Origin: an uncultured Ignavibacteriaceae bacterium
GTDB taxonomy: Bacteria > Bacteroidota > Ignavibacteria > UBA10030
NCBI GenBank assembly: GCA_964614245.1
Contig: CAZTKU010000001.1
Span: forward strand, 1-54,020
Reading direction: 5' to 3'
Length of the DNA: 54,020 nt
Position numbers and translations under genes: made by a program. Positions 27,730-41,131 of the stretch are shown here, piece after piece (position 1 is the stretch's first letter; every line of letters begins with the position of its first letter). The notes under the pieces were generated by a model, which was not told the DNA's origin, made no database searches, and was given only the letters and a program-made list of their open reading frames with translations.

Positions 27730-28493
27730 AACTGCGCCTACGCATATTGATTTGTCTTGGCTTCTTCTGTTCGAACCAGTCTGCCGTAGCCCAAACCGCT
27801 GTCGACGAATTCCAGCGGGGTAATGCATACTATCGCGAGAGTCAATTTGAGCGGGCCATCGATGCGTACGAGAAGATTTTTGGCCAGGGCGTGACAAGCC
27901 CGGCGCTCTATTTCAATCTCGGTAATGCATACTACCGGACAGGCAAAAACGCTCGCGCTATCCTTGCCTACGAGCGGGCCCTGCACCTGGAGCCCAACGA
28001 TCCCGACATCAAACACAACCTCGATCTGGCAAACCTCAAAACCGTCGATCGCATAGAGCCACTCCCTGAATTGTTCTTCATTGAGTGGCTTCGGAACCTT
28101 TCTGCCTTCGTTCCCCCCGGCACGACTGCGCTACTGTTTGCGGTGTGTTGGATCCTTTTGTTTGGTGCTCTCACCGTTCTGAATCTTCTGACCCAACCCA
28201 CCCTCCCTCTTCGCGCCCTTCGCGGCGTCGCCATGGGATCGTTCCTGCTGTTCATACCCCTGGGCGTGCTGCTCGTGACGCAGGCAATCGAGTCGCGGTC
28301 ACATAACGATGCGATTGTCACGGCGGCTGTCGTTACCGCAAAAACATCTCCGGATACTCAGAGCGTTGATGCCTTTGTCGTTCACGAGGGATTGAAAGTG
28401 AAGCTGAGTGATTCGGTCGGCGAGTGGGTAAAAATAACACTCGCCGATGGAAAGGTGGGTTGGGTGCGCGCTCAGGATTGTGAACGAATATAG
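27726..28493 (+). CDS. batE: BatE-like TPR plus SH3b protein
   Basis: ATGA overlap with batD. TPR motifs (GNAYYRESQFERAIDAY, LGNAYYRTGK), two TMs and a C-terminal SH3b-like GEWVKITLADGKVGWVRAQD. Confidence 0.75.
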   Translation: MKLRLRILICLGFFCSNQSAVAQTAVDEFQRGNAYYRESQFERAIDAYEKIFGQGVTSPALYFNLGNAYYRTGKNARAILAYERALHLEPNDPDIKHNLDLANLKTVDRIEPLPELFFIEWLRNLSAFVPPGTTALLFAVCWILLFGALTVLNLLTQPTLPLRALRGVAMGSFLLFIPLGVLLVTQAIESRSHNDAIVTAAVVTAKTSPDTQSVDAFVVHEGLKVKLSDSVGEWVKITLADGKVGWVRAQDCERI

Positions 28494-28685
28494 TCCTCGT
28501 CGCTCTTTCAGGCCGGCTTTCTCCCTGCTCGATTAAACGGTCCGCCTCATTTCACATGTCGGCATCAGCAGGGCAGATGGGAACCGTACACCCCAAAAGC
28601 TTGTTTTCAAGGAACGAACAAAAGGGTTGGCCTCTTTCGTCCTCCCTTTTTCTTCCACAATCCCTGGTTCTTCCCTCGTCGGCTT

Positions 28686-29885
28686 ATGTCGTTAGAGAAT
28701 CAAACGGCTGATCTTACAGCCCTTCGCATAAATCGCTCAAACAGTCCGGGTCCTCCATCCCCTGGATCTAAAGCCCGATTCAAGCTTCTCGCTGGACTTA
28801 TCGTTATAGCTGCGCTTGTTTTTGTGGGCTTCTGGCTTGTTCCCCAAATCTTCGATCCGCCTGCTGAGGTTCAACTCACGCCGGTTCTTCTGTCTTCTCC
28901 TTCACAGGCAAACGCGGTGCTCACTGCGAGCGGCTACGTTGTCGCTCAACGGAAAGCGGCTGTCGCGTCCAAGGCGACCGGCCGGTTGGAGTACCTTGGC
29001 GTTGTTGAAGGCGATCGCGTGAAGAGGGGCCAGATCCTCGCGCGACTCGAGGATGCAGACCTCCGGGCCAGTTTCGATCAGGCCCGAGCAAATCTACGGC
29101 TGAACGAGGCCGAGCTCAAAGATGCACAGCAATGGCTTGCCCGGCAGAAAACCTTACTGGAAAAAGGATTGACAACCCAGGCTGATCTCGATGCTGCAGA
29201 CGCGCGGCACCAGCGCGTGCTTGCCGCAATTGAAGTCGCGAAAGCGTTGGTTGTCGGCGCCGAGGTGTCGCTTGAAAACACGCTTATCCGCGCGCCGTTT
29301 GACGGTACGGTTCTTACCAAGAACGCCGACGTTGGTGAAATGGTCGCACCCATGGCGGCAAGCGTGAGCTCCCGCTCGGCTGTCGTGACCATTGCAGATA
29401 TGAGCTCTCTGCAAGTAGAGGCTGATGTCTCTGAATCCAACATCGAGCGCATAGTGCCGAATCAGCCCTGCGAGATCACGCTTGATGCTTACCCTGAAAT
29501 GCGGTATCAGGGCTTTGTCGCGAAGATCGTACCAACCGCCGATCGTGCAAAAGCCACGGTCATGGTAAAGGTTGGCTTCAATTTGTACGACAGCCGGGTC
29601 CTGCCGGAGATGAGCGCAAAGGTCTTGTTCCTCTCAAAACCTTCCGATGTATCTCCAGCGGCCATGCGGTCGATGCTGACGGTTCCCCTGAGCGCTGTGG
29701 CAACGCGTAACGGCAAGAAAGTTGTCTACCTTATTCGTGAGAACCTGGCGGTTGAGGTTCCTGTAACGGTCGGGAAAGAGCTTGGATCGCTCATCGAGAT
29801 TAAAGAAGGACTCTCTGTGGGCGAAAAGGTCATCGGCAAGCCCGACGAAGGGATCGCCAACGGAACGAAAGTGAAAGTGCAATAG
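28686..29885 (+). CDS. Efflux periplasmic adaptor (HlyD/MacA family)
   Basis: N-terminal TM, lipoyl/hairpin/beta-barrel pattern: GQILARLED ... coiled coil ... [10 protein letters not shown]. Confidence 0.8.
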   Translation: MSLENQTADLTALRINRSNSPGPPSPGSKARFKLLAGLIVIAALVFVGFWLVPQIFDPPAEVQLTPVLLSSPSQANAVLTASGYVVAQRKAAVASKATGRLEYLGVVEGDRVKRGQILARLEDADLRASFDQARANLRLNEAELKDAQQWLARQKTLLEKGLTTQADLDAADARHQRVLAAIEVAKALVVGAEVSLENTLIRAPFDGTVLTKNADVGEMVAPMAASVSSRSAVVTIADMSSLQVEADVSESNIERIVPNQPCEITLDAYPEMRYQGFVAKIVPTADRAKATVMVKVGFNLYDSRVLPEMSAKVLFLSKPSDVSPAAMRSMLTVPLSAVATRNGKKVVYLIRENLAVEVPVTVGKELGSLIEIKEGLSVGEKVIGKPDEGIANGTKVKVQ

Positions 29886-29970
29886 GCTCAAGATCAGGAC
29901 TGGTGGATCCGCAGTTCACACTGCCCTCATCAGCCGGACTAACATTCGCCATCAACCGCTGGATATACGC

Positions 29971-30642
29971 ATGACGTCTCTTATTGACATCCAAAACGTT
30001 TCAAAATCATATTGGCGCGACAGCTTTGAGATTCCCGTCTTGAACAATATCTCCCTTCGCATCCCGGAGGGCGAGTTTGTTGCTCTCATGGGTCCTTCCG
30101 GATCGGGGAAAACAACGCTGTTGAACCTCGTCGCAGGAATCGATCGGCCCAACAAAGGAACGATCACCATCGCGGGAACGGAAATCGTCAGCCTCAACGA
30201 ATCACAACTTGCTAAGTGGCGGTCAACCCACGTCGGATTTATCTTCCAGTTCTACAATCTTATCCCCGTGCTCACGGCGTACGAAAATGTCGAGCTGCCC
30301 CTGCTGCTCGCCCCGCTCTCCAAGAAGGAGCGCCGACAGCATGTGGAAATGGCTTTGACCGTCGTCGGCTTGAAGGACCGCATGCGCCACTACCCCAAAC
30401 AACTGTCGGGCGGTCAGGAACAGCGCGTGGCAATTGCCCGCGCCATTGCAACTGATCCGACGATTCTCGTTGCCGACGAGCCAACCGGGGATCTTGACAA
30501 ACATTCCGCCGACGAAATCCTGTTGCTGCTGGAGCGGCTAAACCGAGAATTCAAGAAGACCATTGTCATGGTGACCCACGACCCGCGTGCAGCAGAACGG
30601 GCGCTTGTCGTCCGCCACCTTGAAAAGGGAGAACTGAGATAG
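29971..30642 (+). CDS. ABC transporter ATP-binding protein (MacB/LolD-like)
   Basis: Walker [10 protein letters not shown], signature LSGGQEQR, Walker [13 protein letters not shown]. Confidence 0.9.
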   Translation: MTSLIDIQNVSKSYWRDSFEIPVLNNISLRIPEGEFVALMGPSGSGKTTLLNLVAGIDRPNKGTITIAGTEIVSLNESQLAKWRSTHVGFIFQFYNLIPVLTAYENVELPLLLAPLSKKERRQHVEMALTVVGLKDRMRHYPKQLSGGQEQRVAIARAIATDPTILVADEPTGDLDKHSADEILLLLERLNREFKKTIVMVTHDPRAAERALVVRHLEKGELR

Positions 30643-30651
30643 AGATCGCGT

Positions 30652-31812
30652 ATGAAGGTCTTCAAGCTCATTTTCAAGAACACTCTTCGCCATAAGCTTC
30701 GTACAGCGCTTACGATTCTTGGAATTGCCATTGCTGTTATGGCGTTCGGATTGCTGAGAACCGTTGTAACGGCATGGTATTCCGGCGTTGAAGCCTCCGC
30801 GGCAAACCGTCTCATCACGCGCCAGGCGGTTTCGTTCATCTTTCCCCTTCCGTACTCGTACCGAGATCAGATCGCGAAACTCCCGGGTGTCGAGACGGTC
30901 ACGTACATGAATTGGTTTCAGGGGGTGTACATTGATAAGAATCAGTTCTTTGCTCGGCTCGCTGTCGATCCGGAGACGATCTTCGACGTGTACCCGGAGT
31001 TTTTGATAGACCCGGATCAGCTTGAAGCTTTCAAGCGTGAGCGAGGTGCATGCGTGATCGGCTCTGAGCTTGCAAAGCGGTACAGCCTGAAAATCGGCGA
31101 TGCCGTGCCGATCGACGGGGATATTTATCCCGGCAAATGGGAGTTTGTCGTCAGGGCTATTTACCGACCGCGGGATAAATCAACCGATGCGACCCAGATG
31201 TTCTTCCACTGGCAATACCTCGATGAGCGACTCAGGCAGGAAGAATCCACGCGCGCAGGAGAGGTGGGATGGTACATCGTTCAAATCAGCGATCCCGCAC
31301 AAAGCGGGGCCATCTCCAGCAGCGTCGATGCACTCTTTCAGAACTCACGCGCAGAGACAAAAACGGAGACCGAACGGGCGTTTCAGCAAGGTTTCGTCGC
31401 CGCCGCGGGCGCCATCATCACAGCGATGAATGTTATGTCCTTCGTTATCGTCGGGATCATCATGCTCGTGCTTGGTAACACCATGATCATGTCTGCCCGC
31501 GAGCGAACACGAGAGTACGCTGTGTTCAAAACCCTTGGCTTCACCGGCGGGCATCTCGTTGGACTCATTCTTGGTGAGTCGCTCTTGATCTCGGTGCTCG
31601 GCGGTGGCTTTGGCTTGCTTTTCACGGTTCCCCTCATTGAGGGCTTTGCCGCGCTTGTGCCAAAGGGTTGGTTCCCAATTTTCAACCTCGAATCCATCAC
31701 GATGATCCTGGCTGCTTCTTCAGCAATTCTTGTCGGCGTCGTGGCTTCGCTTTTCCCCATCCAGCGAGCGATTGGAACGCGGATTGTGGACGGACTGAGA
31801 CATCTTGGGTGA
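30652..31812 (+). CDS. ABC transporter permease (FtsX/MacB-type)
   Basis: N-terminal TM, large periplasmic domain and three C-terminal TMs with the FtsX-like motif [12 protein letters not shown]. Confidence 0.8.
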   Translation: MKVFKLIFKNTLRHKLRTALTILGIAIAVMAFGLLRTVVTAWYSGVEASAANRLITRQAVSFIFPLPYSYRDQIAKLPGVETVTYMNWFQGVYIDKNQFFARLAVDPETIFDVYPEFLIDPDQLEAFKRERGACVIGSELAKRYSLKIGDAVPIDGDIYPGKWEFVVRAIYRPRDKSTDATQMFFHWQYLDERLRQEESTRAGEVGWYIVQISDPAQSGAISSSVDALFQNSRAETKTETERAFQQGFVAAAGAIITAMNVMSFVIVGIIMLVLGNTMIMSARERTREYAVFKTLGFTGGHLVGLILGESLLISVLGGGFGLLFTVPLIEGFAALVPKGWFPIFNLESITMILAASSAILVGVVASLFPIQRAIGTRIVDGLRHLG

Positions 31813-31905
31813 GGGAGGGAACGAGCACGGCGGTTGAAGTAAACGGTATAGATTTCGTCGCGGCGCCGATCCTTTAGCGCTGAATTTCTTTCTTTTTCAT
31901 TGTCT

Positions 31906-33075
31906 ATGAAGATCCCTTTCAAATATATCATCCGAAACGTGCGCACCCGGCGTCTTACCACCGGCATCACTATTCTCGGCGTTGCCCTCGTTGTCTTCGT
32001 GTTCGCTGCCGTCTTGATGATGGCGTATGGAGTTCAGAAAACTCTTGTTGCCACCGGTTCTGATGAGAACGTTATCGTCGCACGCAAGGCAGCCAACGGA
32101 GAGATTTCGAGTATCATTGATCGGGAGAGCGCGAGTGTTATTCTCACCCTTCCGCACGTCGCCAAGGCAGCGGGTGGAAAACCTATTGCCTCGGGCGAGC
32201 CGGTTGTAGTTATTAACCTGAACAAGCTCGAAGGGGGTGGACTTAGTAACGTCACGGTCCGGGGCGTGTCACCGGAGGCGTTCCTGCTCAGACCACAGGT
32301 TCGGCCCAAGGAAGGTCGGATGTTCGCCCCGGGTGCCCGCGAGCTCATCGTTGGCGTTTCGATTGAGAAACGCTTTGCCGGCGCCAAACTGGGCGATATT
32401 GTGCGGTTTGCAGGCGACGCATGGACTATTGTCGGTGTGTTTGACACTGACGGCAGCGGCTTCGACTCAGAAATGTGGGGAGATGCAAATCAATTGCTGG
32501 ATGCATTCAATCGGAATGCGTTCTCAACGCTTACCTTCAAGCTGGATCAGCCTGAATCCTTCGGAGATTTTGTCGCTGCGTTTGAGAAAGATCCGCGTTT
32601 GCAGCAATTTGAGCCGAAGATCGAGAAGCGGTTCTTTGAGGAACAGTCCGAGCTCATGGCGACGTTCATCAGAATTCTAGGGATTTTCATCACGATCATC
32701 TTCAGTGCGGGGGCAACGATCGGCGCGATGATCACAATGTATGCCGCCGTCGCACATCGCACCGTTGAAATTGGAACACTCAGGGCTTTAGGATTTCGCC
32801 GCCGAAGCATTCTCGCCGCATTTCTCACCGAATCCCTCTTTCTCTCTTTCATCGGCGGCTTAACCGGCCTTTTCTTTGCCGCGTTTCTTCAGTTCTTCAC
32901 GATCTCCACGCTGAATTTTGGGTCCTTCTCAGAACTGGCGTTTTCCTTTGCGCTCTCGCCGACGATTGTTGTCTCATCGCTAGTGTTTGCGCTCGTGATG
33001 GGGTTGCTCGGCGGGTTCTTGCCGTCGGTTCGCGCTGCACGGCTTGGTATTGTGAATGCTCTAAGGGCCTCATGA
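31906..33075 (+). CDS. ABC transporter permease (FtsX/MacB-type), second copy
   Basis: Same architecture, with TVEIGTLRALGF. Start placed at the ATG at 31906 (the track gives TTG at 31900). Confidence 0.8.
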   Translation: MKIPFKYIIRNVRTRRLTTGITILGVALVVFVFAAVLMMAYGVQKTLVATGSDENVIVARKAANGEISSIIDRESASVILTLPHVAKAAGGKPIASGEPVVVINLNKLEGGGLSNVTVRGVSPEAFLLRPQVRPKEGRMFAPGARELIVGVSIEKRFAGAKLGDIVRFAGDAWTIVGVFDTDGSGFDSEMWGDANQLLDAFNRNAFSTLTFKLDQPESFGDFVAAFEKDPRLQQFEPKIEKRFFEEQSELMATFIRILGIFITIIFSAGATIGAMITMYAAVAHRTVEIGTLRALGFRRRSILAAFLTESLFLSFIGGLTGLFFAAFLQFFTISTLNFGSFSELAFSFALSPTIVVSSLVFALVMGLLGGFLPSVRAARLGIVNALRAS

Positions 33076-33265
33076 CTTCACAGCCATGCAGGGTTGGGTG
33101 GTACTAGAAGGCGGATATTTTGCCGTCCGACGCGACCTCTGCTTTTCCCTTGAATCCTTCGCCTCCTTCCTTTATTTTGATGTATCTACCGCCGGGAGTC
33201 GTGCCTCCTCCCGGCCTGCATTCTCCAACTCAAAACCCTGAACTCCAAACTTTCAAACTGTTTCT

Positions 33266-33790
33266 ATGTTCTGGCTTCAGATCATTAAAAACTTCATCAA
33301 AATCTTGCGCACAGGCCAAACGCCTGCCCAGATCGCTGGCGGGTTCGCTCTTGGCTCAATGGTTGGTCTCTCACCGGCTTTCACACTGCAAGGATTGCTG
33401 ATTTGGCTTGTGATTTTTCTTCTTGACGTAAACCTCTCGGCGGCCATTCTGTCCTTCACCCTTTTCGCTCTGATCGCGTACATCCTGGATCCCGCCTTCC
33501 ACGCGCTCGGCTACTATCTGCTCGTCGATGCTTCATTCCTTCATAGTCTGTGGACATCGCTGTACAACGCTCCGATCGCACCCCTGACGCGGTTCAACAA
33601 TACCGTCGTCTTGGGGGGTTTTCTGAGCAGCTTTGTCTTATTCTTTCCCGCGTATTTCGGGATGAAACGCTTCGTTGTGGCGTACCGCACCCATATCGGG
33701 GCCAAGGTGGAGCGGTGGAAAATCTACCAGGTCATTAGCAAGAGCGCTCTTGTTCGCTGGTACGACAGAATTCGTAACCTGGGGGATTAA
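33266..33790 (+). CDS. DUF2062/TIGR03546-like small membrane protein
   Basis: TPAQIAGGFALGSMVGLSP...LDVNLSAA pattern. It is paired with the large downstream gene, as I recall for the TIGR03546/TIGR03545 two-gene pair. Family name is from memory. Confidence 0.55.
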   Translation: MFWLQIIKNFIKILRTGQTPAQIAGGFALGSMVGLSPAFTLQGLLIWLVIFLLDVNLSAAILSFTLFALIAYILDPAFHALGYYLLVDASFLHSLWTSLYNAPIAPLTRFNNTVVLGGFLSSFVLFFPAYFGMKRFVVAYRTHIGAKVERWKIYQVISKSALVRWYDRIRNLGD

Positions 33791-33792
33791 CG

Positions 33793-35664
33793 ATGAGAAA
33801 GAAGTTCATCTTTTTCGCCCTCGTGCCGGCTCTCGCCGTGTGTGTTGTTTTGTATCTGTTTGCCGATCAATGGATTGAATCCGGATTGGAGGCCGCTGGC
33901 GAGGGCGCCATCGGTGCAAAAGTCGAAATTGATAACCTGACGCTGTCGATCTCCCCCGTCGCGATTGAATTCTCGCGCCTTCAGGTTGCGAGCCCGAAGG
34001 ACCCCTGGAAGAATATCTTTGAAACTGGCAAGGTCCGGTTCGCTCTGAACTTTGGACAGCTTCTCAGGAACAAATACATTATCGAGACCATGGAGGTGAA
34101 CAATCTGATCTTCGGGACGAAGCGCTCGACAGATGGGTCGTTGCCAAAGGCTCGTCCTGAGTCCGAAGAGCCCCCTTCGGTCATCTCCGAAGCTGCCTCT
34201 GCGTTGACCCGCGAGGCGGCAAAAGCCCCTGTTTTCGACCTGGAGAAACTCAGGAAAGACCTGAAAATTGACAGCCTCCTGAATGTTCAAATCCTCAGAA
34301 CCGTCCAGCATCTCGATTCGCTCAGACAACAAGTACAAGAGGCGAGCCAGCAATGGCAGGCAACCCTCGCAGATATCGATAAATCGAAACAGCGCGTCGC
34401 AGAGATTGAAACGAGCATCAAGGCCATCAACTTGAACGAGCTGAAGACGATCGAGAGCATCTCGAGCGCCATCAACAATGTGAACAGTGCGTACAAAAAC
34501 ATCAACGAGCTCAACGACACTTTTAAGAGCCGGCGCACCGCCATTACCGATCAGATCAATCACCTGTACGGCTCGGTTGCTCTTGTTGACGATCTCGCGC
34601 GAGCAGATTATGAGACGGTCCAGGGCCTTGCTCGCCTCCCTGATCTGAGCACGCGGGGACTCGCAAACCTCCTCCTCGGCAGAGAAATCCTCCAGAAGGT
34701 AAACAATTACCTTTCCTGGATCGATTTTGCCCGAACGACTATTCCAAAGTACACACCTGAACCTGAGTACGAAAAGCCAAAACGCTTTCATGGGCAGGAC
34801 ATCCATTTCCCCGTCGAACGCTCCTATCCCAAGTGGTGGATCAAAAACATCGTGATCTCCGGAGGCGAGGATATGGCTCAGAATCCCGACTACTTCTACG
34901 CCAAGGGCGAAGTCCACAATGCCACAAACAACCAGCGCATCGCCGGCTTTCCGTTAACAGTTACCCTGTCTGGCTCAAGGGCCCATGGTGCGTTCTTCAC
35001 CTTTGACGCTTCGTTCGACCGCCGACCCGATGTTCCTATTGATAACTATGAGGTAAACGTCCGACAAATCGCCGTGGGCGATGTTGAATTTGGCCAAGCG
35101 GATTTTGTCCCCTCGAAAATTACCCATGCCGTCGCCAACGCAGCAGCCCGGGTTTCTGTTCCAGGTAATCGGTTCGACTCGAATCTGAGGCTTGATTTCC
35201 ACGACCTCGCACTTGCGTTTGACCGCCCCCCACGGAATGATGTTGAGCGCATCGCCCGAGATGTTCTCTCATCGATTTCTGCGTTCAATGTGCAGCTACG
35301 CATGTGGAACACGGCGGGCGGCGTCGATCTTGCCATCGCGACCAACCTCGACGATCAGCTTGCTGCTCGCACGAAGAAAGTTATCGGCGATGAGCTTGCT
35401 CGACTGCAAAATGCGATTCGAGCGAAAGTCAACCAGCGCATTGCCGAGAAAAGGGCGGAATTCGACAGGCTTTTCAATCAGAAAAAGGAGGAGGTCCTGG
35501 CGCGGGTAAGGGCTTACGAGTCTCTTGTCAATGAAAAGATGGCGATGGTTGAGGGTAAGAAGAAAGAGCTTCAGGCTCGCGTTGAACAAGAAAAGAGGAA
35601 ACAAACCGATGCGGCAAAGAAGAAGCTCGACGACGCGGTGAAAGGACTCTTCAAGAAACAGTAG
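33793..35664 (+). CDS. TIGR03545-like / AsmA-like large envelope protein
   Basis: Starts 3 nt after the previous stop. N-terminal anchor MRKKFIFFALVPALAVCVVLYLF, AsmA-like VEIDNLTLSISP...LQVASPKD, central and C-terminal coiled coils. Confidence 0.55.
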   Translation: MRKKFIFFALVPALAVCVVLYLFADQWIESGLEAAGEGAIGAKVEIDNLTLSISPVAIEFSRLQVASPKDPWKNIFETGKVRFALNFGQLLRNKYIIETMEVNNLIFGTKRSTDGSLPKARPESEEPPSVISEAASALTREAAKAPVFDLEKLRKDLKIDSLLNVQILRTVQHLDSLRQQVQEASQQWQATLADIDKSKQRVAEIETSIKAINLNELKTIESISSAINNVNSAYKNINELNDTFKSRRTAITDQINHLYGSVALVDDLARADYETVQGLARLPDLSTRGLANLLLGREILQKVNNYLSWIDFARTTIPKYTPEPEYEKPKRFHGQDIHFPVERSYPKWWIKNIVISGGEDMAQNPDYFYAKGEVHNATNNQRIAGFPLTVTLSGSRAHGAFFTFDASFDRRPDVPIDNYEVNVRQIAVGDVEFGQADFVPSKITHAVANAAARVSVPGNRFDSNLRLDFHDLALAFDRPPRNDVERIARDVLSSISAFNVQLRMWNTAGGVDLAIATNLDDQLAARTKKVIGDELARLQNAIRAKVNQRIAEKRAEFDRLFNQKKEEVLARVRAYESLVNEKMAMVEGKKKELQARVEQEKRKQTDAAKKKLDDAVKGLFKKQ

Positions 35665-35689
35665 TGCACGCTAGCCTCCGACGCAGACC

Positions 35690-36265
35690 GTGGGAAAGAA
35701 ACCCTTTACAGCCATAGACAGCCTACGACGGCCTCGCAAAAGGGGTGTTAATTGGTATGCGGCTGTCGTAATTACTCTTGTCGCTGTCGTGCTTCTCGTC
35801 CTTTTTTCCACAAGCCCAACGAAGCGGATGACATCAGAAACGCGCGCCCCCCAGCTCTCTCCTGCACAGACGGCATATGAATTCCAAAAACAGGGTGAAC
35901 TACGGTTTCTCAGTGCCAAGGGCCGATTGATTACCACTGTTGACATTGAGATTGCGCGTGAGGAATCGAAGCGCGAGCTTGGCCTCATGTACCGCGCACA
36001 GATGGCAGAGAATCAGGCGATGCTGTTTGTTTTTGACGGTGAGGGCCCACGTTCGTTCTGGATGAAGAACACAATTCTGTCTCTTGACATGATTTTTGTG
36101 AATGGAAAGAACGAAGTCGTCACTATTCACAAATATACTACTCCGTACTCAGATGATTCGTACGCCTCAACGCGGCCGGCGCAGTACGTCGTTGAAGCGA
36201 ATGGGGGATTTACGGATAAGTACGGAATCGCGGTGGGTGACCGCATTGCGTGGCGTGTTTTTTAA
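35690..36265 (+). CDS. DUF192-domain protein
   Basis: WMKNTILSLDMIFV...VVTI...YVVEANGGF...GIAVGDRI matches the DUF192 pattern. N-terminal TM, GTG start. Confidence 0.75.
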   Translation: MGKKPFTAIDSLRRPRKRGVNWYAAVVITLVAVVLLVLFSTSPTKRMTSETRAPQLSPAQTAYEFQKQGELRFLSAKGRLITTVDIEIAREESKRELGLMYRAQMAENQAMLFVFDGEGPRSFWMKNTILSLDMIFVNGKNEVVTIHKYTTPYSDDSYASTRPAQYVVEANGGFTDKYGIAVGDRIAWRVF

Positions 36266-36371
36266 CGCCTCTGTTCGCGGTCTGACGATGTGCGTCGCCC
36301 CCTCATTGGATCAGGTCTAATGAAGGGAATGCTGAGTCCCGGGAGGAGTGCTCGCGCGGCCAAGCCCCATG

Positions 36372-38960
36372 CTATTTCTTCTTCTTGCCGGGCTTTTCCG
36401 TTTCGGCTTTCTTTTCCGCGGGCGTTTGCTTCTCCGGTTGTTTTGTACCTCCCGCGTGTGTTTCTTCGTTACCCTTCCTCTTTTTTGAATTTTCTCTCGC
36501 TGCCAGCTTCTCCGCCAGTTGTTTCTCCTCTTCTTCTTCTCCAACGGCGATAGCGATGTCTGCCACCTCGTCTTCCTCTGCAAGACGGATCAGCCGTACC
36601 CCCTGTGTGTTCCTCCCTGCGACTCGAATGTCCGAGGCATGCTGCCGAATAACCATACCGTTTGATGTGACGACAACAACGTCGTCGGTGCCCACGGCTT
36701 CCTTGATGGCGACCATTCTCCCGGTCTTTTCCGAGGTCTTTACGGTGATGATTCCTTTTCCACCGCGGTGGCTAACCCGGTATTCGCCCTCTTCGCTCCG
36801 CTTCCCATAGCCCTTGTCTGTTGCAATGAGAATGGTCGTTCCCTTGCGCCGCAGGTTCACCACGCCAACGACCTTATCACCCTTGCTCAGGTTGATGCCC
36901 CGTACTCCGGTGGCTGTTCTGCCCATCGCTCGCACTTCGTTTTCGTGGAACCGAATTGCGATTCCCTCGTGGGTCCCAATGATGATGTCTTGGCTTCCAT
37001 CGGTGAGTTTAGCGTCATTGAGCGCATCCCCTTTTCGCAGCGTTGTCGCTGTGATCCCGTTGCGGCGCGGGTTGCTGAACTCCGTAAGCAGAACTTTCTT
37101 CACCAGGCCCCGCTGTGTCACCATGAATACATAGTGTTTGTCGTCAAATTCCTTTACCGCAATGAAGGCGTTGATTGCCTCTTCCGGTAATTTCGCGATC
37201 AGCGCGTTGATTGGCTTTCCTTTTGCCATGCGTCCAGCCTCGGGGATCTCGAACACCTTCAACCAGTAGCACCTACCGGTATTGGTAAAGAACAAGATGT
37301 AGTTGTGCGTGCTTGCAACGAACATGTGCTCAAGAAAATCGTCTTCCTTTGTCGCTGCGCCCGTTACCCCTCTCCCACCGCGCGACTGTCGGCGGTAACC
37401 TGAGACGGGGTAACGCTTGATGAAACCCTGGTGACTGATGGTGATAACAACCTCTTCTTCGGCAATCATGTCCTCGATGCTGAATTCCTCTGCTTTGTAG
37501 ACAATTTCCGTCCGTCGTTCGTCGCCGTACTTCTTCCTCAGCTCCAGCAGTTCTTCCTCGACAATTTTCATCTGCAACGGCTTGCTCTTGAGGATTGCTT
37601 TCAGCTTTTCGATCAGTTTGATCGTTTCTCGATATTCATCCTCTACCTTTTTGCGCTCAAGCCCGGTGAGCTTCTGTAAACGCATATCCAGTATGGCCTT
37701 AGCCTGGATCTCCGAAAGCTTGAATTTCTTCATCAGGCCGGTCCTTGCCTGCTCGACATCCTTCGATTGCTTGATCAGCCTGATAACGGCGTCGATATTG
37801 TCGAGGGCAATGATGTAGCCCTCAAGGATATGCGCTCGTTTTTCCGCTTCATCCAGCTCAAACTTCGCCCGCCGCACAACAACATTGTTTCTATGCTCGA
37901 CGAACTTCTGGATCATCTCTCGAAGAGTCAGCACTCGCGGCCGTCCATCCACAAGCGCCAGCATGATGATGCCGAAGGTCGTCTGCATCTGAGTATGCAT
38001 GTAGAGATTGTTCAGTACAACCTCGGCGTTTGCATCCCGCCTTAGTTCAATGACCACCCGTAAGCCATCGCGATCGGACTCATCCCGCACATCGGTGATA
38101 TCCTCAATCTTCTTCTCGTTAACAAGATCCGCGATCTTCTCTACAAGCGCAGCCTTGTTGACCATGTAGGGCAGTTCTGTAACGATTATGCGCTGCCGGT
38201 CCCCTTTACTCGTTTCCATGGCCGCTTTCGCCCGCACGAGAATGCGTCCGCGCCCTTTTGTATATGCCTCCCTCACACCTTCATAGCCATAAATGATTCC
38301 CGCCGTCGGAAAGTCCGGTGCTACAATATGCTTCATGAGCTGTGCATCCGTAACGCTCTCGTCCCGTATGTACGCCACACAACCATCGATAACCTCCTTC
38401 AGGTTGTGCGGTGGAATATTGGTCGCCATGCCGACAGCTATCCCGCTAGCGCCGTTACACAGGAGATTGGGAAACATGCTCGGCACAACGGACGGTTCTC
38501 TCAGCGTCTCATCAAAATTCGGAACGAAATCCACGGTGTTCTTCTCGAGATCGCGCAGCATCTCCTCTGCAATCCGCGCGAGCCGGGCCTCCGTGTACCG
38601 CATGGCTGCCGGAGAGTCCCCGTCAACCGAACCGAAATTGCCTTGACCGTCCACCAGCGGGTAGCGCAGCGAGAAGTCCTGCTCCATCCGCACCATGCTG
38701 TCGTAGACCGCGGTGTCGCCGTGTGGATGGTACTTTCCGAGCACTTCACCAACGATGCGCGCGCTCTTTTTATATGGCCGGTTGCTTGCCAGGCCAAGAT
38801 CCTGCATGCCGAACAACACGCGTCGATGAACCGGTTTGAGGCCGTCGCGCACGTCCGGCAGCGCTCGCGCAACGATGACCGACATCGAATAATCGATGTA
38901 CGATCCCTTCATCTCTTCTTCGATATCAACCGGAATGATCTTTTCGCTGACGGTGGCCAT
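36372..38960 (-). CDS. gyrA: DNA gyrase subunit A
   Basis: [17 protein letters not shown], active-site AAMRYTE region, beta-pinwheel CTD. Carries an extra charged 55-aa C-terminal tail. Confidence 0.95.
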   Translation of the reverse strand: MATVSEKIIPVDIEEEMKGSYIDYSMSVIVARALPDVRDGLKPVHRRVLFGMQDLGLASNRPYKKSARIVGEVLGKYHPHGDTAVYDSMVRMEQDFSLRYPLVDGQGNFGSVDGDSPAAMRYTEARLARIAEEMLRDLEKNTVDFVPNFDETLREPSVVPSMFPNLLCNGASGIAVGMATNIPPHNLKEVIDGCVAYIRDESVTDAQLMKHIVAPDFPTAGIIYGYEGVREAYTKGRGRILVRAKAAMETSKGDRQRIIVTELPYMVNKAALVEKIADLVNEKKIEDITDVRDESDRDGLRVVIELRRDANAEVVLNNLYMHTQMQTTFGIIMLALVDGRPRVLTLREMIQKFVEHRNNVVVRRAKFELDEAEKRAHILEGYIIALDNIDAVIRLIKQSKDVEQARTGLMKKFKLSEIQAKAILDMRLQKLTGLERKKVEDEYRETIKLIEKLKAILKSKPLQMKIVEEELLELRKKYGDERRTEIVYKAEEFSIEDMIAEEEVVITISHQGFIKRYPVSGYRRQSRGGRGVTGAATKEDDFLEHMFVASTHNYILFFTNTGRCYWLKVFEIPEAGRMAKGKPINALIAKLPEEAINAFIAVKEFDDKHYVFMVTQRGLVKKVLLTEFSNPRRNGITATTLRKGDALNDAKLTDGSQDIIIGTHEGIAIRFHENEVRAMGRTATGVRGINLSKGDKVVGVVNLRRKGTTILIATDKGYGKRSEEGEYRVSHRGGKGIITVKTSEKTGRMVAIKEAVGTDDVVVVTSNGMVIRQHASDIRVAGRNTQGVRLIRLAEEDEVADIAIAVGEEEEEKQLAEKLAARENSKKRKGNEETHAGGTKQPEKQTPAEKKAETEKPGKKKK

Positions 38961-39004
38961 CTTCTACTGCTTTCCTTTTGCTCGAACTGTTTCTGGTTCG
39001 CGCA

Positions 39005-41131
<2,127 letters not shown>

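Noticed and set aside
33224-33259. Loose 7-nt periodicity (tccAACT ... ctgAACT ccaAACT tcaAACT) just upstream of the TIGR03546-like start
   Set aside because: It is interrupted and too degenerate to call a tandem array with confidence. It is noted only as a possible weak relative of the two clear heptamer arrays.
33787-34917. 376-aa minus-strand ORF
   Set aside because: It is antisense to the TIGR03545-like gene and has no recognisable domains or start context. Shadow ORF.
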